NCBI GenBank assembly: GCA_964513655.1
Contig: CAZENQ010000004.1
Location: 3,759-67,758, forward strand
Origin: an uncultured Pirellulales bacterium
GTDB lineage: Bacteria > Planctomycetota > Phycisphaerae > Sedimentisphaerales > Anaerobacaceae
Length of the DNA: 64,000 bases
Reading direction: 5' to 3'
Program-made: the position numbers and the translations under genes
Shown here: one piece after another, positions 63,073 to 64,000 of the stretch
Layout: every line of letters begins with the position of its first letter
Numbering within the stretch: the stretch's first letter is position 1
Notes under the pieces: model-generated
Databases searched by the model: none
The model's input: only the letters and a program-made list of their open reading frames with translations
Told to the model about the DNA's origin: nothing

Positions 63073-64000
63073 TCAGTTTCCTTGTAATCTTCTTATTATT
63101 CTTATGGCCATTTTCATCAAACGCTTGGCGCATGCTCTTCTCTTAGTGTTAGGTGGAAATATTTTATTCCTGAATTTGTAGTAACACATAAGAAGCTTCT
63201 CTTTCTCGGAACCAAGTATCTGAGCCTCAAGGTTTTCTACTTGCCTGCGTAAATATCGAATCTGGATATTGCTTTCTTGTAAGTCACTCTGCAAGCTTTT
63301 TAAATCAGCCTGAGAGCCTGTCAATTTGTTGTCCACAACCATAAGTTCCTTTACACATAATATATCTCTTATGGTGTGTTTGTGCTCTTCCAAGATTTTG
63401 AAGTCCTTGTTTAAGCTTACTGAATAGTCAAGCTTATTATTCAATAACTTTTCAAAAGCAGTTTTTAATCCATTATAATTCTTAAACAAGTATTCCTCAA
63501 TGCCTCTTTCTTCCATAAAGAAACTCATTTTGTCTTGTAGTTCAGCCAGAATGAAAGGGACGCCGTGAACATATGAAAAAATGGCACCATGTAAGGATGC
63601 AGATATAAAATAATCAAACTTACCAATGACGGTGAAGATCTCCTCAGGTTTCAAAACCGGAAGCAGTGTGGAATTCTTTACTTGCTGACGTAGTTTGGCC
63701 AGATGCTTAAAATCATAATTGTAATGAGTAATAGGCAGAAGGTAAATATGGAAACGAAGTTTTGATAAATACCGAATGAGAGATCCCAGGTCATCTATTA
63801 ATCCCGGTCCTAGATTAATTCCAATGCTTGGTCGGCAAATTTTTAGGCCAACATTAGTCAAATCGTTGAGAAGCATTGCTGTACACGGGACTACCTTAAC
63901 TTCATTTGTTAGATAAGAAATCTTTCGTTTATCCCCCTGGCTTCTGACGCTGATATAAAGATAATCGTTTAGGTATCCAAGGTCAGCAGGATTACTTAAT
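63073..64000 (-). CDS. polysaccharide pyruvyl-transferase-like protein with C-terminal coiled coil (5-prime end outside window)
   Basis: The ORF track starts at Met 63876, but the frame stays open to the window edge (...YISVRSQGDKRK...). YFISASLHGAIFSYVHGVPFI resembles the PS_pyruv_trans C-terminal motif. The tail LQSDLQESNIQIRYLRRQVENLEAQILGSEKEK is coiled-coil-like. Confidence 0.6.
   Translation of the reverse strand, partial: LSNPADLGYLNDYLYISVRSQGDKRKISYLTNEVKVVPCTAMLLNDLTNVGLKICRPSIGINLGPGLIDDLGSLIRYLSKLRFHIYLLPITHYNYDFKHLAKLRQQVKNSTLLPVLKPEEIFTVIGKFDYFISASLHGAIFSYVHGVPFILAELQDKMSFFMEERGIEEYLFKNYNGLKTAFEKLLNNKLDYSVSLNKDFKILEEHKHTIRDILCVKELMVVDNKLTGSQADLKSLQSDLQESNIQIRYLRRQVENLEAQILGSEKEKLLMCYYKFRNKIFPPNTKRRACAKRLMKMAIRIIRRLQGN

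Noticed and set aside
1-64000. A search by eye for tRNA, rRNA, transposase/integrase genes, toxin-antitoxin pairs or defence-system genes.
   Set aside because: None was recognised in any intergenic region or ORF. The window appears to be entirely surface-glycan, secreted-enzyme and adhesin-type content. A tRNAscan/Infernal run would be needed to exclude small RNAs formally.

Overview
This 64-kb window reads as a surface-glycan and secreted-enzyme region of a PVC-type bacterium (Planctomycetota/Phycisphaerae- or Verrucomicrobiota-like). That placement is an inference from pseudopilin-like H-X9-D proteins, a PEP-CTERM tail and dockerin tails. All calls come from reading the ORF track and the DNA by eye; no database search was run. 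(1) 1-16.2 kb is GC-rich. It holds a 3-gene minus-strand operon (dockerin-tagged beta-helix/beta-propeller protein plus two pseudopilin-like H-X9-D proteins). It also holds two paralogous secreted beta-helix proteins with very long Pro-Thr linkers, a GH43-like hydrolase, and a LamG/dockerin protein with a 1017-bp internal tandem duplication. (2) 16.5-20.4 kb holds a Wza-like export lipoprotein, an unknown membrane/coiled-coil protein, a PEP-CTERM cargo protein and an odd protein with an internal PEP-CTERM-like segment. (3) 20.8-51.5 kb is one co-directional minus-strand block of 21 genes, an exosortase/PEP-CTERM-type exopolysaccharide locus. It runs EpsI, DUF2334-like, Wzx, methyltransferases, glycosyltransferases, O-antigen-ligase-like protein, CE4 deacetylase, two FemAB/GNAT-like proteins, a phosphodiesterase-like protein, a DegT-like protein, WecB, a GT26 fusion, exosortase, tyrosine autokinase, priming sugar transferase, giant TPR protein and a LuxR-type regulator. 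(4) 52.2-64 kb holds a 1901-aa secreted multidomain protein ending in four near-identical 597-bp modules, then more glycan-modification genes. I recognised no rRNA, tRNA, CRISPR array, transposase or integrase. The most notable observations are these. The exosortase is fused to an N-terminal nucleotidyltransferase/left-handed-beta-helix module, and a related module sits on the priming sugar transferase. A covarying stem-loop with an SD-like purine loop occurs in the leaders of both beta-helix paralogs. There are very recent higher-order tandem duplications inside two secreted proteins. Tail-to-head gene relics flank the sulfatase-family gene.
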